A stretch of DNA of 64,000 nucleotides from Felis catus. Lineage: Eukaryota. The translations under genes were made by a program, and so were the position numbers. A model generated the notes under the pieces. It did not search any database. It was not told where the DNA came from and saw nothing but the letters and a program-made list of their open reading frames with translations. The DNA lies in assembly GCF_018350175.1 (NCBI RefSeq), contig NC_058368.1, forward strand, positions 125,676,001-125,740,000, given 5' to 3'. Within the stretch, counting starts at the first letter, position 1; every line of letters starts with the position of its first letter. Shown here one piece after another: positions 63,281 to 64,000 of the stretch.

Positions 63281-63460
63281 GGGTGTTTGAGTGGCTCAGT
63301 GGATGAAGCGTCCAACTTCAGCTCAGGTCATGATCTTGCAATTTGCAAGTTCGAGCCTCCCTTGGGGTTCTCTGCTGTCAGCTCAGAGCCCACTTTGGGT
63401 CCTCTGTCTTCCTCTCTCCCTGCCCCTCTACCCACCCCTCAAAAATATATAAACATTAAA
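63281..63460 (+). mobile_element. Can-SINE
   Basis: Perfect TSD aaaatgaactgggcagg at 63264-63280 and 63461-63477. Confidence 0.94.
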
Positions 63461-63635
63461 AAAATGAACTGGGCAGGCATGCTATTTAAGAGGAGGATAT
63501 TTTCTGGGTTTAGAGGAAAACACCCAGCTATAGGTATGGAGAGATGTGTTAATTACTTAATTCATTGTTTCATTTAGATTTGCTGAGTGCTGGAATGAAC
63601 CAGCATTATGCTAGGAGCTATAGGTTCCAGACCAT

Positions 63636-64000
63636 TGTATGAAGAAGATTGACCCCCCAAATATTTCCACAACCTAATTCCAGAAACTGGTAAATATGTT
63701 TGAATTGAATTAAGGTTGCTAATCAGCTGATGTAGAATGGGGAGAGTATCATGGATCATCTAGGTGGGCTCAGTGTAATCACACAGGTGCTTATTAGTGG
63801 AAGATGGAGGCAGAAGAAGGAGAATGAGAGAGATGGTAGTATGACTACCTCTCATCCCACCATTGTTGGCTTTGAAGATGGAAGAATGAGTCCATGAGCC
63901 AAAGAGTGCTGGTGGAGTCTAGAACTGAAAAAGACAAGGAAATGAATTATCTCCTGGAACTTCTGGAAAATAGGACATTTCTGCTGACCCTTCAGTTTTA
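63636..64000 (+). mobile_element. MLT1D-like MaLR LTR, runs off the window end
   Basis: gaattaaggttgctaatcagctga, ggtgggctcagtgtaatcaca, tggctttgaagatggaag, aaggaaatgaattatctcc. Confidence 0.85.

Noticed and set aside
9014..63460. Recurrent ~200-bp repeats as tRNA genes or a CRISPR-like array
   Set aside because: They are dispersed Can-SINEs with tRNA-derived heads, CT linkers, A tails and individual TSDs; there is no regular repeat-spacer period and no complete cloverleaf.
63062..63577. 171-aa ORF as a novel gene
   Set aside because: Starts at TTG and runs through a Can-SINE and AT-rich flanks; no splice or homology support.
1..64000. The many 60-190 aa ORFs in the six-frame track as genes
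   Set aside because: They are SINE read-throughs ([20 protein letters not shown]), antisense L1 frames, microsatellite translations or chance ORFs, many with non-ATG starts; none resembles a known cellular protein to me.

Overview
Mammalian non-coding DNA, almost certainly felid (cat-like), judged by dense tRNA-derived Can-SINEs and felid-type LINE-1. No confident protein-coding exon is visible; a few isolated splice-site-bounded segments are weak candidates. The window holds about 28 Can-SINEs (19 minus, 9 plus), one full-length but frameshifted young L1 (2546-8427, minus), an older L1 that keeps its 5' end but lacks its 3' end (53059-58326, minus), shorter L1 pieces, decayed L2/MIR/LTR/DNA-transposon remnants and microsatellites. 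Two loci have a readable insertion history. (1) At 2527-9238 one target sequence occurs three times: a full-length L1 inserted into the junction made by an earlier 5'-inverted L1, and a SINE sits just beyond. (2) At 51475-59360 a five-layer nest contains a young L1 ORF2 fragment with no poly(A) and no TSD, apparently patching a ~1.9 kb deletion, with a templated 14-nt junction duplication. This resembles an endonuclease-independent, break-repair L1 insertion. I found no evidence of a new multi-gene system. Repeat family names come from motif recognition, not database searches.
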